A stretch of 64,000 bases of DNA, from contig CALAHN010000088.1 of the NCBI GenBank assembly GCA_937891825.1, forward strand, positions 50,009 through 114,008, read 5' to 3'. Below are positions 1 to 9,456 of this stretch, in pieces. The first letter of the stretch is position 1, and every line of letters starts with the position of its first letter. The notes beneath the pieces were generated by a model. It worked only from the letters and a program-made list of their open reading frames with translations. It did no database searches and was not told the DNA's origin. The position numbers were made by a program, and so were the translations under genes. The stretch is from an uncultured Alphaproteobacteria bacterium. GTDB taxonomy: Bacteria > Pseudomonadota > Alphaproteobacteria > Bin95.

Positions 1-504
1 CCCGACCGGGAAGCCTTCCAGCGACCCGCGATGCGCTGCGCCGTCGATGCCGCGAGCGAGGCCGGAGACGACGCCGACGCCCGCCGCCGACAAATCCGCG
101 GCCAGCGCTTCGGCAAACTTGCGCGCCGCGAGGGAGGCGTTCCGCGCGCCGACGATCGCGACAAGCCGCATGTCCAGGCGGTCGAGCGCACCACTGTAAT
201 ACAGGAAGATCGGCGGGCGAGCGGAGGCCGCGAGCGACTTCGGGTAATCGCCGTCGCCTCGGACGACAATCCCGGCGCCGACTTGGGCGGCCGCCTTGAT
301 CGCGGCCGCCGCGTCAGCCGGGGTTGCGACGGCGATATCCTTCCGGCGCATGGCGATCAGGCCGGCGAGCGCTGCTTCGGGATTGCGGAACTTGTCCAGA
401 AGTTGCGCATAGCGGCAGGGGCCGATGCCGCCGCTAAGGCCAAGGCGCAGCGTCGCCAGTCGGCCCGGGGTCCAGTCGCTACGTCTTTTGGATGTATCTG
501 CCAT
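1..504 (-). CDS. dprA: DNA-processing protein DprA, N-terminal part (gene continues beyond the window start)
   Basis: Own translation of the reverse strand from the ATG at 504..502 gives MADTSKRRSDW...IVGARNASLAARKF...GLARGIDGAAH, matching the DprA Rossmann core. The track shows no ORF because the reading frame leaves the window. Order dprA-plsY-pyrC-pyrB is typical for alphaproteobacteria. Confidence 0.7.
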   Translation of the reverse strand, partial: MADTSKRRSDWTPGRLATLRLGLSGGIGPCRYAQLLDKFRNPEAALAGLIAMRRKDIAVATPADAAAAIKAAAQVGAGIVVRGDGDYPKSLAASARPPIFLYYSGALDRLDMRLVAIVGARNASLAARKFAEALAADLSAAGVGVVSGLARGIDGAAHRGSLEGFPVG

Positions 505-547
505 GACGGTTCCAACGATGCCGGGTCAGCACTGCCGGGTCAAGCGA

Positions 548-1165
548 TCAGCGGCCGGCCCCGATCTTCGGTTCCTTGCCCTGGAAGAGCCGGAGAATGT
601 TCAGCCAGTGCCGCGCCCAGACCAGCAAGGCCATCGCCGCCGTCGCCTCAAGGAATTGCCGGTCGCCGAGCGCCGCCGCGGCGATCGGCGCTGCAAGCGC
701 CGCGGCGAGGCCGCCGACGGATGAGATCCGGGTCGCCGCCGCCGCGATCAGCCAGGCCGCTGCGGCGGCCGCGCCGAGCGGCCAGGCGAGTCCGGCCGCT
801 ACGCCAAGGAACGTCGCGACGCCCTTGCCGCCCTTGAATTTTAGCCAGATCGGGAAACAATGGCCGATCAGCGCGCCATAGGCCGCGAGCACCGCCAGGT
901 CCGGGCCGCCGAAATGCCAGCCAAGCACGACGGCGGCAAAGCCTTTGGCGATATCGAGGATCAGGGTGGCCGCGGCGAGGCCCTTGCGGCCGGTGCGCAA
1001 CACATTGGTCGCACCGATATTGCCGGAGCCGATCTTGCGGATGTCTCCCAGGCCGAATGCGCGGGTCAGCAACAGGCCGAACGGTATCGAACCGATCACG
1101 TAGGCGATGGCGGCGCCCAGGAGGAGGGGCCAGATATATGGCCAGCCGCCAAGGGGATCGATCAT
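548..1165 (-). CDS. plsY: glycerol-3-phosphate acyltransferase PlsY
   Basis: 205 aa multi-TM protein carrying the SGNIGATN PlsY signature. Confidence 0.9.
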   Translation of the reverse strand: MIDPLGGWPYIWPLLLGAAIAYVIGSIPFGLLLTRAFGLGDIRKIGSGNIGATNVLRTGRKGLAAATLILDIAKGFAAVVLGWHFGGPDLAVLAAYGALIGHCFPIWLKFKGGKGVATFLGVAAGLAWPLGAAAAAAWLIAAAATRISSVGGLAAALAAPIAAAALGDRQFLEATAAMALLVWARHWLNILRLFQGKEPKIGAGR

Positions 1166-1168
1166 CGC

Positions 1169-2458
1169 CTAGCCATCCCGGCCGTCATAGACGAAGCGGC
1201 CATCGACGAGCGTCGCCATCACGACGCCTTGCACGGGCCGCCCATCGAACGGGCTGTTTTTGGATTTCGAGGCGAAGCGCGCGACGTCAATCAGTGTCGG
1301 CCGGTCAAGGTCGAACAGCACGAGGTCCGCTGGCGCGCCGACCGTCAGCACGCCAGACGGCAGGTCGAGCAAACGCGCCGGATTGCATGTCATTTTGGCA
1401 AGCAGATCAAGCAGATCGATTTCGCCTTTGTGATAAAGCTCAAGCGCCAGCGGCAGCATGGTCTCAAGGCCGACGATGCCCGGTTCGGCCTGGACGAAGG
1501 GCAGCCGCTTGGCTTCCTGATCCTGGCCCCAATGATCGCTGGCGATGATGTCGATGACGCCGTCGCGGAGCGCGCGGACAACCGCCCGGCGGTCGCTTTC
1601 GGCCCGGAGCGGCGGGGTCAGTTTCGCAAAGGTCCGATAGCCCAGGATCTCGGTTTCGTTCAAGGCGAAGTAGGCCGGGGCCGTGTCGGCGCTCACATCC
1701 AGGCCTTTGCGCTTGGCGCTTGCCAGTTCCTCCACGGCGGCGCCAGTGGACAGGTGCGCCGCGTGATAGCGGGCGCCCGTCAGCTCCACGAGGCGCATGT
1801 CGCGTTCCAGCAGGATCGCCTCGGCGGCGGCCGGCCCGGCCGGCAGGCCAAGCCGGGTCGCGATCTCGCCCTCGGTCGCGACGGCGCCTGCGGTCAACGC
1901 CGGCTCTTCCGCATGCTGGATAATCAAGGCGTCGAAACCGCTGGCGTAGCTCAGCACCCGTCGCATCATCTGGGCGTCGGCGATGGCATGGTCGCCGTCC
2001 GTGAAGGCGAGGGCGCCGGCGCGTTTCAGAAGGCCGATTTCCGTCAGGCGCTTGCCGTCGAAGCCGCGGCTGGCGGCAGCGTACACATAAATCTTGACGC
2101 CTTTGACCTCGCGCGCCCGCCTGGCGACGAATTCGACGACGGAGGCATCGTCGATCGGCGGATCGGTGTTGGGCAGCCCGATGACGACGGCGACGCCGCC
2201 TCGGCCAGCGGCGGCGCTCAAGGTTTCGAAGGTTTCCTTGTGCTCCTCGCCGGGTTCGCCCAGGCGGACGCGCATGTCGATCAGACCGGGCGCCAGGCAA
2301 AGTCCGGCGCCGTCGATCACGGCCGCGCCATCCGGCGCCGCATCCAGGTGTGCGCCAAGATCGGCGATCCTGCCGGCTTCGACCAGAAGACCGCCGACGG
2401 CGTCGAGGCCGCTCGCGGGATCGAGCAGGCGGACGTCCTGAAAAAAGAGGGGCGTCAT
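1169..2458 (-). CDS. pyrC: dihydroorotase (PyrC or PyrC-like amidohydrolase)
   Basis: 429 aa amidohydrolase-fold protein. Its start overlaps the pyrB stop in an ATGA arrangement, placing it in the pyrB-pyrC operon. Confidence 0.8.
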   Translation of the reverse strand: MTPLFFQDVRLLDPASGLDAVGGLLVEAGRIADLGAHLDAAPDGAAVIDGAGLCLAPGLIDMRVRLGEPGEEHKETFETLSAAAGRGGVAVVIGLPNTDPPIDDASVVEFVARRAREVKGVKIYVYAAASRGFDGKRLTEIGLLKRAGALAFTDGDHAIADAQMMRRVLSYASGFDALIIQHAEEPALTAGAVATEGEIATRLGLPAGPAAAEAILLERDMRLVELTGARYHAAHLSTGAAVEELASAKRKGLDVSADTAPAYFALNETEILGYRTFAKLTPPLRAESDRRAVVRALRDGVIDIIASDHWGQDQEAKRLPFVQAEPGIVGLETMLPLALELYHKGEIDLLDLLAKMTCNPARLLDLPSGVLTVGAPADLVLFDLDRPTLIDVARFASKSKNSPFDGRPVQGVVMATLVDGRFVYDGRDG

Positions 2459-3420
2459 TGCCCGGTTCCCTGATTGGTCGAGAGATCGCGGGTCAGAAGA
2501 TCGAGGCAGGCCATGCGGACCGCGACGCCCATCTCCACCTGCTCCTGGATCAAGCTGCGATTGATGTCGTCGGCGACGTCGGAATCGATTTCGACGCCCC
2601 GGTTCATCGGTCCGGGATGCATGATCAGCGCGTCCGGCTTGGCGCCGGCCAACTTGGCCCGGTCCAGCCCGTAGAAGTGGAAATATTCGGCGATCGACGG
2701 CACGTAGCTGCCGCGCATGCGCTCCTGCTGCAGGCGCAGCATCATCACGATATCCGCGTCGCGCACGCCTTCGGCAAGGTCATGAAAGACGGAGACGCCA
2801 TAGCGGTCGATGTCGGCTGGCATCAGGGTCGGGGGCGCGACGACTCGCACGTCGGCGCCCATGGTCTTCAATAGCAGCATGTTGGAGCGGGCGACCCGGC
2901 TGTGGAGGATATCGCCGCAGATCGCGACCACCAGGCCATGCAGCCGCCCCAGCCGCCGGCGGATCGCCAGCGCGTCTAGCAGCGCCTGGGTCGGATGCTC
3001 ATGGGCACCGTCGCCGCCGTTGACGACGGCGCAGCGCACCTTCTCGGCGATCAGTTGCACCGCGCCCGATTCCGGGTGCCGCACCACCAGCAGGTCCGCA
3101 TGCATGGCGTCGAGGGTGAGGGCGGTGTCCAGCAGGGTCTCGCCCTTCCGGACGGCGCTGACCTCGGGCGAGATGTTGATCACATCGGCGCCCAGACGCT
3201 TGCCCGCCAGCTCAAACGAAGTCCGTGTCCGCGTCGAGGCTTCGAAGAACACGTTGATGATCGTTCGACCCCGCAGCACATCGGACTTCTTGTTGCCGCT
3301 GCGGTTCATTTTGACATAGTGCTCGGACAGATCGAGCAGAAGCTCGATCTCGGCAGGCGAAAGGCCTTCGATCCCAAGCAGGTGGGGCGAAGACAGTTGG
3401 GAGGCGGCGGGCATCATCAT
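2455..3420 (-). CDS. pyrB: aspartate carbamoyltransferase catalytic subunit
   Basis: Contains the STRTR and HPTQALLD motifs; 321 aa. Confidence 0.95.
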   Translation of the reverse strand: MMMPAASQLSSPHLLGIEGLSPAEIELLLDLSEHYVKMNRSGNKKSDVLRGRTIINVFFEASTRTRTSFELAGKRLGADVINISPEVSAVRKGETLLDTALTLDAMHADLLVVRHPESGAVQLIAEKVRCAVVNGGDGAHEHPTQALLDALAIRRRLGRLHGLVVAICGDILHSRVARSNMLLLKTMGADVRVVAPPTLMPADIDRYGVSVFHDLAEGVRDADIVMMLRLQQERMRGSYVPSIAEYFHFYGLDRAKLAGAKPDALIMHPGPMNRGVEIDSDVADDINRSLIQEQVEMGVAVRMACLDLLTRDLSTNQGTGQ

Positions 3421-3487
3421 AAGCCCGGGTTATACGACCGCCGTTCGCGCCTCGCCAGCGCCGCCCCTGTGGATGGCTCCGCCTTTT

Positions 3488-5284
3488 TCAGGAACGGACC
3501 TTCACATAGTCGCCGGGCGCATCTTCAAGCGCCTTCAAGCCGTTTTCGCCAGGAACGCGCGCGGGGACCTGCTTGCCAGCCTTGCGTTTCGCCCAGGCCT
3601 GCCAGTGCGGCCACCAGGATCCCGGATGCTCTTCCGCGCCGGCGAACCAGTCGTCGAATGACGCCGGCGACTTATCATTGGTCCAGTGGCTGTATTTCCC
3701 GCCGGCCGGCGGATTGACGACGCCGGCAATATGGCCGGATGCGGCCAGGACATATTTGACCGAACCGCCGAAGCGCTTCGTCCCTTGATAGACAGCGGTC
3801 GCGGGCGCGATGTGATCTTCCTTGGTCGCAAGGAAATACATCGGCGTCTTGATCCGGCCGAGATCGATGGCGACGCCGTCCATCGTGATGCCGCCGGGCT
3901 CCTTCAGAAGGTTCTTCTGGTACATGTTGCGCAGATAGAAGCTGTGCATCGCTTCCGGCAGTCGGGTCGAGTCGGAGTTCCAGAACAGCAGGTCGAACGG
4001 GAACGGCTCCTTGCCCAGGAGATAGTTGCTGACGACGAAGGACCAGATCAGATCGTTGGACCTGAGGCTATTGAAGGTCGAGGCCATGTCGGCGCCGTCC
4101 ATATAGCCCTTTTCCTTCATTTTCCGCTCGATGCCACGGATCTGCTCCTCATCGACGAAGACCTTGAGTTCGCCCGCCTGTTCGAAATCAACCAGGGTTG
4201 TGAAGAACGTCGCGCTGGCGATCGTGTCGATCCCCTTTTCCGTGCAGTAGGCCAGCGTCGACGCGAGCAGGGTCCCGCCGAGGCAATATCCGATCGCATT
4301 GACCTTTTCCGCGCCGATATCCTGCTTGATCGCATCCAGCGCCGCCAAAGGGCCTTCGAGCATATACGCGCTGAAGTCCTTGTGTCGCTGGGCTTCCGTC
4401 GGGTTCGCCCAGGAAATCACGTAGACCGAATGGCCTTCCGATGTCGCCCAACGGATGAACGAGTTCTCGGGTTTCAGGTCCAGGATATAGAATTTGTTGA
4501 TCCAGGGCGGGATGATGAGCAGAGGCTTGTCGAACTGGGTTTCCGTCAACGGCGCATAATGCAGAAGCTGCATGAGGTCGTTCTGATAGACCACCTTGCC
4601 TTCGGTGACGGCGATGTTGCGGCCGACTTCGAAGGCGTCCATGTCGGTCTGGCTGATGCGGAGATCGCCGTGCCCGCGTTCCAGGTCGTTCAGCATGTTC
4701 TGAAGGCCGCGCACCAGGTTCTCGCCGCGGCTTTCCACGGTTTCGCGCAGCACCTGAGGATTGGTCGCGACGAAATTCGACGGCGACATCGCATCAACGA
4801 ACTGGCGGGTATAGAAGCCGACCTTGTGGGCCGTGTGCTCGTCCAGGCCTTCCGTGTGTTCCGACTGCTCTGTCATCCAGCGCGACGCAAGCAGGTAGGA
4901 TTGCTTGATATAATCGAAGACGACGTTCTCGGACCATTCGGCGTCCTTGAAACGCCGGTCGCCCTTGGCGGGTTCGGCGACAGGGGCTGCTTCCTGGCCG
5001 ATCAGCCGCTGCATGGTCGTTTGCCAAAGCGAGGCATACTGGGACCAGAGCGCCGCCTGGGCTTCCATCAAGCGCACGGGATTGGTCGCGAGCTGCGAGG
5101 CGTAATCCATGAACGCCTGGCCGATGCCCATCGCATCCGATGCGGCCTCGACCGCGGCGCTCGGGTCTTGCGTGCGATCGACGAAATCGCTGACCAGGCG
5201 CTGGCTGCGCTCCGCGATATCGGCGATTTCCGCCGCGAGACGCTCCATGTCCTCTTGGCTCGGCGCTTCGGGTGTCTTGTTCAT
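3488..5284 (-). CDS. phaC: class I poly(3-hydroxyalkanoate) synthase PhaC
   Basis: Lipase-box GYCLGG (AIGYCLGGTLLAS). Probable start is MNKTPEAP at 5284, giving ~598 aa. The track ORF extends 80 codons further upstream with no in-frame stop. Confidence 0.9.
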   Translation of the reverse strand: MNKTPEAPSQEDMERLAAEIADIAERSQRLVSDFVDRTQDPSAAVEAASDAMGIGQAFMDYASQLATNPVRLMEAQAALWSQYASLWQTTMQRLIGQEAAPVAEPAKGDRRFKDAEWSENVVFDYIKQSYLLASRWMTEQSEHTEGLDEHTAHKVGFYTRQFVDAMSPSNFVATNPQVLRETVESRGENLVRGLQNMLNDLERGHGDLRISQTDMDAFEVGRNIAVTEGKVVYQNDLMQLLHYAPLTETQFDKPLLIIPPWINKFYILDLKPENSFIRWATSEGHSVYVISWANPTEAQRHKDFSAYMLEGPLAALDAIKQDIGAEKVNAIGYCLGGTLLASTLAYCTEKGIDTIASATFFTTLVDFEQAGELKVFVDEEQIRGIERKMKEKGYMDGADMASTFNSLRSNDLIWSFVVSNYLLGKEPFPFDLLFWNSDSTRLPEAMHSFYLRNMYQKNLLKEPGGITMDGVAIDLGRIKTPMYFLATKEDHIAPATAVYQGTKRFGGSVKYVLAASGHIAGVVNPPAGGKYSHWTNDKSPASFDDWFAGAEEHPGSWWPHWQAWAKRKAGKQVPARVPGENGLKALEDAPGDYVKVRS

Positions 5285-5343
5285 TGGGGGTCCCCAGGCA
5301 ATAGTGCATTTTCCAGAGTCTATCATGAACGAGATGGCGGGAC

Positions 5344-5826
5344 ATGGTCCGAGCAGCAACGGTAATCGTCCTCGCTTTGCTTGCCGCCAGTTGTCGCGCA
5401 GGTTTCCCGAGCTTGCACGATGCGCCCGACGGCGCGCCGCCCGCGTTGACGGCCGCGCGCGACGCGGCGCCGGAACGGCTTCTGGCCCTCCGCGCCGAAA
5501 CAAACGCGGCAGCGCTCGCAGCATCTGACGCGGCGCCGGCCGTCACGACTCCGCCGCTTCCGCCGCTTCGCCTTATGGCGATGCTGCCGGCGCGGTCGGC
5601 GGCGCAGGAGACGGGCGTGATCGAACGCACCGTCGTCGAGGCAAGACGTCGGGGCAGGGATGTGCTCGTGCTCGCCGTGGGCGCGTCTGGAGCCAGCGCG
5701 GTCGGGGCCAGGGCGGCGGACGCCGTCGCGGCGGCGATCCGCCGGCAGGGCGTCGCCGCCACAGTAGAGCAGAGTGACGACCCCCGCGAAACCGACGGCC
5801 GGGTAGAACTATACCTTGCGCCCTGA
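5344..5826 (+). CDS. hypothetical lipoprotein
   Basis: Signal peptide with a lipobox (LLAASC), followed by Ala/Pro-rich sequence; no family recognised. Divergent from phaC. Confidence 0.4.
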   Translation: MVRAATVIVLALLAASCRAGFPSLHDAPDGAPPALTAARDAAPERLLALRAETNAAALAASDAAPAVTTPPLPPLRLMAMLPARSAAQETGVIERTVVEARRRGRDVLVLAVGASGASAVGARAADAVAAAIRRQGVAATVEQSDDPRETDGRVELYLAP

Positions 5827-5877
5827 ACCGGCTATTCCTGCCGCAGGATCAACCGCCCGCTCCCGGAACATTGCGCC

Positions 5878-7122
5878 ATGAGCTTCCAATTCCACAAGAT
5901 ACGCCGCCTTCCGCCCTATCTGTTCGCGGAGGTCAACGCCATGAAGGCGGCTGCTCGGAAGGAAGGCCGCGATATCATCGATTTCGGCATGGGCAATCCC
6001 GACTCGCCGACGCCGCAGCACATCGTCGACAAGCTGACCGAGACGGTGCGCGACGGCCGGACCCATCGCTATTCGTCCTCGAAGGGCATACCCGGTCTGC
6101 GTCGCGCCATCGCCGCATATTACGACCGCCGCTTCGGCGTGACGCTGGATGCGAACGAGGAAGTGGTCGTCACCCTTGGGTCTAAGGAAGGCCTGGCCAA
6201 TCTGGCGCAGGCGATCACCTCGCCCGGCGATATCGTGCTGGCCCCGAATCCAAGCTATCCGATCCATGCCTTCGGCTTCGTGATCGCGGGCGCCTCGCTT
6301 TGGAACATTTCCGTCACGCCGGATAAATCGTTCTTTGCGGAACTGGAGCGCGCGGTCCGCCATGCGGTTCCGCCGCCGACGGCGTTGCTCTTGAGCTACC
6401 CGGCCAATCCGACCGCCCTGACGGCGACGCTGGACTTCTACAAGGACGTCGTGGCGTTCTGTAAGCGGCATGGCATCTTCATCGTTTCCGATCTCGCTTA
6501 TTCAGAAATTTATTTCGACGGCGCGCCGCCGCCCTCGATCCTGGAAGTGCCGGGCGCGCGCGACATCGCGGTCGAGTTCGGCTCCCTCTCCAAGACCTAT
6601 TCCATGCCAGGCTGGCGTGTCGGTTACGGCGTCGGCAACCGGGAACTGGTCGGTGCGCTGACGCGGGTGAAGTCCTATCTGGACTATGGCGCGTTCACGC
6701 CGATCCAGGTCGCGGCGACGGCCGCGTTGAACGGTCCGCAAGACTGTGTGGACCAGGCGCGCTCGCTCTACCGCGAACGCCGGAATGTCATGTGCGAGGC
6801 GTTCGCGCAGTCCGGCTGGATCGTGCCGCCGCCGCCGGCGACGATGTTCGCCTGGGCGCCGATCCCGCCGCAATTCCAGGAGCTGGGCTCGCTCGGCTTC
6901 GCCAAGCTCTTGTTGGAGCAGGCGGATGTCGCCGTATCGCCCGGCGTCGGCTTCGGCGAACGCGGCGAGGGCTATGTGCGCATGGCTCTCGTCGAAAATC
7001 GCCATCGCATTCGCCAGGCGGCGCGCGGCGTGAAGCAATTCTTAGGCCGGGTGCGCGATGCTGGCGACGCAAAAGATATGGCGGCCGAACAGGAGGCGCG
7101 CCAGGCGGAGGCTGCGGAATGA
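5878..7122 (+). CDS. class I/II PLP-dependent aminotransferase (AlaC/LL-DAP-aminotransferase-like)
   Basis: 414 aa. Fold-type I aminotransferase motifs, including the PLP lysine context SLSKTYSMPGWRVGY. Precedes hom, as in many alphaproteobacteria. Confidence 0.85.
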   Translation: MSFQFHKIRRLPPYLFAEVNAMKAAARKEGRDIIDFGMGNPDSPTPQHIVDKLTETVRDGRTHRYSSSKGIPGLRRAIAAYYDRRFGVTLDANEEVVVTLGSKEGLANLAQAITSPGDIVLAPNPSYPIHAFGFVIAGASLWNISVTPDKSFFAELERAVRHAVPPPTALLLSYPANPTALTATLDFYKDVVAFCKRHGIFIVSDLAYSEIYFDGAPPPSILEVPGARDIAVEFGSLSKTYSMPGWRVGYGVGNRELVGALTRVKSYLDYGAFTPIQVAATAALNGPQDCVDQARSLYRERRNVMCEAFAQSGWIVPPPPATMFAWAPIPPQFQELGSLGFAKLLLEQADVAVSPGVGFGERGEGYVRMALVENRHRIRQAARGVKQFLGRVRDAGDAKDMAAEQEARQAEAAE

Positions 7123-8405
7123 CCTTGCGTATCGGCTTGATCGGGCTTGGCGTCGTCGGCGCGGAAACGGCGCGCACGCTTGCCAGCCATGCAGCGATGA
7201 TCGAAGCCCGCGCCGGGCAGGCTGTCCGGGTTACGGAAGTCTCGGCGCGTGATCGGTCCAAGGATCGCGGCATCGATCTCGCAGGCTATGTCTGGCGTGA
7301 CGATCCGCTTGCCCTGGCCGCAAGCCCGGATGTCGATCTCGTTGTCGAATTGATCGGCGGCGCGGAAGGCATGGCGCTTGAGGCCGCCAAGACAGCGCTC
7401 GCCGGCGGCAAGCATTTCGTGACGGCGAACAAGGCGATGATCGCCCACCACGGCGCCCGGCTCGCGACGATGGCGGAAGCGAACAATGTCAGCCTTGCGT
7501 TCGAGGCGGCGGTCGCTGGCGGCATTCCGGTGCTGAAGGCGCTGAAAGAAGGCCTTGCCGGCAATCGGATCGACCGAGTCTACGGCATTCTGAATGGCAC
7601 CTGTAATTTCATCCTGACCGAAATGTTCGAAACCGGACGGGCTTTCGATGACGTGCTCGCCGAGGCGCAGGCGCTTGGCTATGCCGAAGCCGACCCGACA
7701 TTCGACATTGACGGCATCGACGCGGCGCAGAAGCTCGCGATCCTGGCGGCCCTGGCCTTCGGCGGCGCGCCGGACTTCGCGGCGGTTGAAACCTCCGGCA
7801 TCCGCAATGTCACGGACCTGGATATCGCGTTCGCCAAGGAGCTTGGCTATCGCATCCGGCTGCTCGGCGTCGCCGTGCGATCGGATATGGGGATCGAGCA
7901 GCGGGTATCGGCCTGCATGGCGCCCGCCAACGCTGCGCTGGCGCGAATCGACGGCGTGACCAACGCTGTCATGATCGAAGGCGTCCCGGTCGGGCACTCG
8001 TTGCTTGTCGGACCCGGCGCCGGGGGCGGGGCGACTGCATCGGCCGTCGTCGCCGACATTGTCGATATCGCGAGCGGGCGCGGCGGGCGCGGCTTCGGCG
8101 CCGCCGCTGCTTCGCTCGGCGGGTTCAAGACGACGCCGGCGACCGCCAGGACGGGCGCCTATTATGTGCGGTTGATGGTGATCGACCGACCGGGCGTCAT
8201 CGCGGAAGTCGCGGGCATCTTCGGGCGGCACGGCGTCTCCATCGAATCCATGCTGCAACATGGGCGCCAACCGGAAGAGCCTGTGCCGGTCGTGCTGACC
8301 ACCCATGAGACCACGGAAGCGACAATGCAGGCTGTGGCGACCGATCTTGCCGCGGTGGCCGCTGCGATTGCGCCGCCTATTTTGATGCGGATTGAATCTC
8401 TGTAA
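7119..8405 (+). CDS. hom: homoserine dehydrogenase
   Basis: Begins MTLRIGLIGLGVVGAE (NAD-binding), with a C-terminal ACT domain. The ATG overlaps the upstream stop (ATGA). The track ORF is 5'-extended in the same frame. Confidence 0.9.
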   Translation: MTLRIGLIGLGVVGAETARTLASHAAMIEARAGQAVRVTEVSARDRSKDRGIDLAGYVWRDDPLALAASPDVDLVVELIGGAEGMALEAAKTALAGGKHFVTANKAMIAHHGARLATMAEANNVSLAFEAAVAGGIPVLKALKEGLAGNRIDRVYGILNGTCNFILTEMFETGRAFDDVLAEAQALGYAEADPTFDIDGIDAAQKLAILAALAFGGAPDFAAVETSGIRNVTDLDIAFAKELGYRIRLLGVAVRSDMGIEQRVSACMAPANAALARIDGVTNAVMIEGVPVGHSLLVGPGAGGGATASAVVADIVDIASGRGGRGFGAAAASLGGFKTTPATARTGAYYVRLMVIDRPGVIAEVAGIFGRHGVSIESMLQHGRQPEEPVPVVLTTHETTEATMQAVATDLAAVAAAIAPPILMRIESL

Positions 8406-8447
8406 CCATTCCCCGGTACAGTCCGGCTTGTAGAAGTCAAAACATCT

Positions 8448-9437
8448 TTGGAGGATATGCCCGTGCCTGTTGAAAGCATGGATCGCAATCTGGCCCTCGA
8501 GGCCGTGCGCGTGACGGAGTTCGCGGCCCTCGCCGCATCGCGGCTGATGGGGCGCGGCGACGAGAAAGCGGCCGATCAGGCGGCTGTGGACGCCATGCGC
8601 CGCGCGCTGAATTCACTCGATATCGACGGCAAGGTCGTCATCGGCGAGGGCGAGCGCGACGAAGCGCCGATGCTCTTTATCGGCGAGAAGGTCGGCACCG
8701 GCAAAGGCCCGAAAATCGATATCGCGCTCGATCCGCTTGAAGGCACGACAATCACGGCAAAAGGCGGCGCAAATGCGCTCGCCGTGATCGCAATGGCGGA
8801 AGACGGCGGCTTCCTGCACGCGCCGGACGTCTACATGGACAAGCTCGCCGTCGGTCCCGGCTTGCCGGCTGGGGTGGTCGATCTGGACCGGTCGCCGCTC
8901 GATAATTTGAAGGCGCTCGCCGAGGCGAAGGCGATCAACGTCGAAGATCTGGTCGTCTGCATCCTCGACCGGCCGCGGCATCAGGACCTGATCCAGGCCG
9001 TCCGCGATTCGGGCGCGCGCATCATGTTGATTTCCGACGGCGACGTCTCTGGCGTAATCGCGACGACCAACCCCGAAAGCGGCGTCGACATCTACATGGG
9101 CTCGGGCGGCGCGCCGGAAGGCGTGCTCGCTGCCGCGGCGCTGCGCTGCATCGGCGGCCAGTTCCAGGGGCGGTTGTTGTTCCGCAATGACGATGAGCGC
9201 GGCCGCGCGCGTCGCCTTGGGCTGACGGACCTGAACCGGAAATACGATCTTGAGGAACTGGCGTCGGGCGATGTGATGTTCGCGGCGACCGGCGTCACCA
9301 GCGGCTCGATGCTCGCGGGCGTGCGCCGGGTCGGCGACGGCGTTTCGACCGAATCCCTGGTGATGCGCTCGAAAACCGGCACCGTCCGGAAGATTGAGAC
9401 CTACCATAATTTCAAGCGGAAATCGATGTTCGACTAG
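8448..9437 (+). CDS. glpX: fructose-1,6-bisphosphatase class II (GlpX)
   Basis: 329 aa with typical GlpX N-terminus (LALEAVRVTE...AADQAAVDAMR). Confidence 0.9.
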   Translation: MEDMPVPVESMDRNLALEAVRVTEFAALAASRLMGRGDEKAADQAAVDAMRRALNSLDIDGKVVIGEGERDEAPMLFIGEKVGTGKGPKIDIALDPLEGTTITAKGGANALAVIAMAEDGGFLHAPDVYMDKLAVGPGLPAGVVDLDRSPLDNLKALAEAKAINVEDLVVCILDRPRHQDLIQAVRDSGARIMLISDGDVSGVIATTNPESGVDIYMGSGGAPEGVLAAAALRCIGGQFQGRLLFRNDDERGRARRLGLTDLNRKYDLEELASGDVMFAATGVTSGSMLAGVRRVGDGVSTESLVMRSKTGTVRKIETYHNFKRKSMFD

Positions 9438-9456
9438 GCGCTTGGCGGCCGGCTCG

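Noticed and set aside
31-837. 268-aa ORF (plus strand) at the window start, Arg/Ala-rich
   Set aside because: It lies antisense to plsY and to the DprA coding region (whose translation shows clear DprA motifs). Arg/Ala-rich composition is typical of spurious high-GC frames.
860-2473. 537-aa plus-strand ORF
   Set aside because: It is antisense to pyrC and plsY, which have clear family signatures; it has no recognisable domain and biased composition.
6972-8306. 444-aa minus-strand ORF
   Set aside because: It is antisense to hom, which has unambiguous NAD-binding and ACT-domain features.
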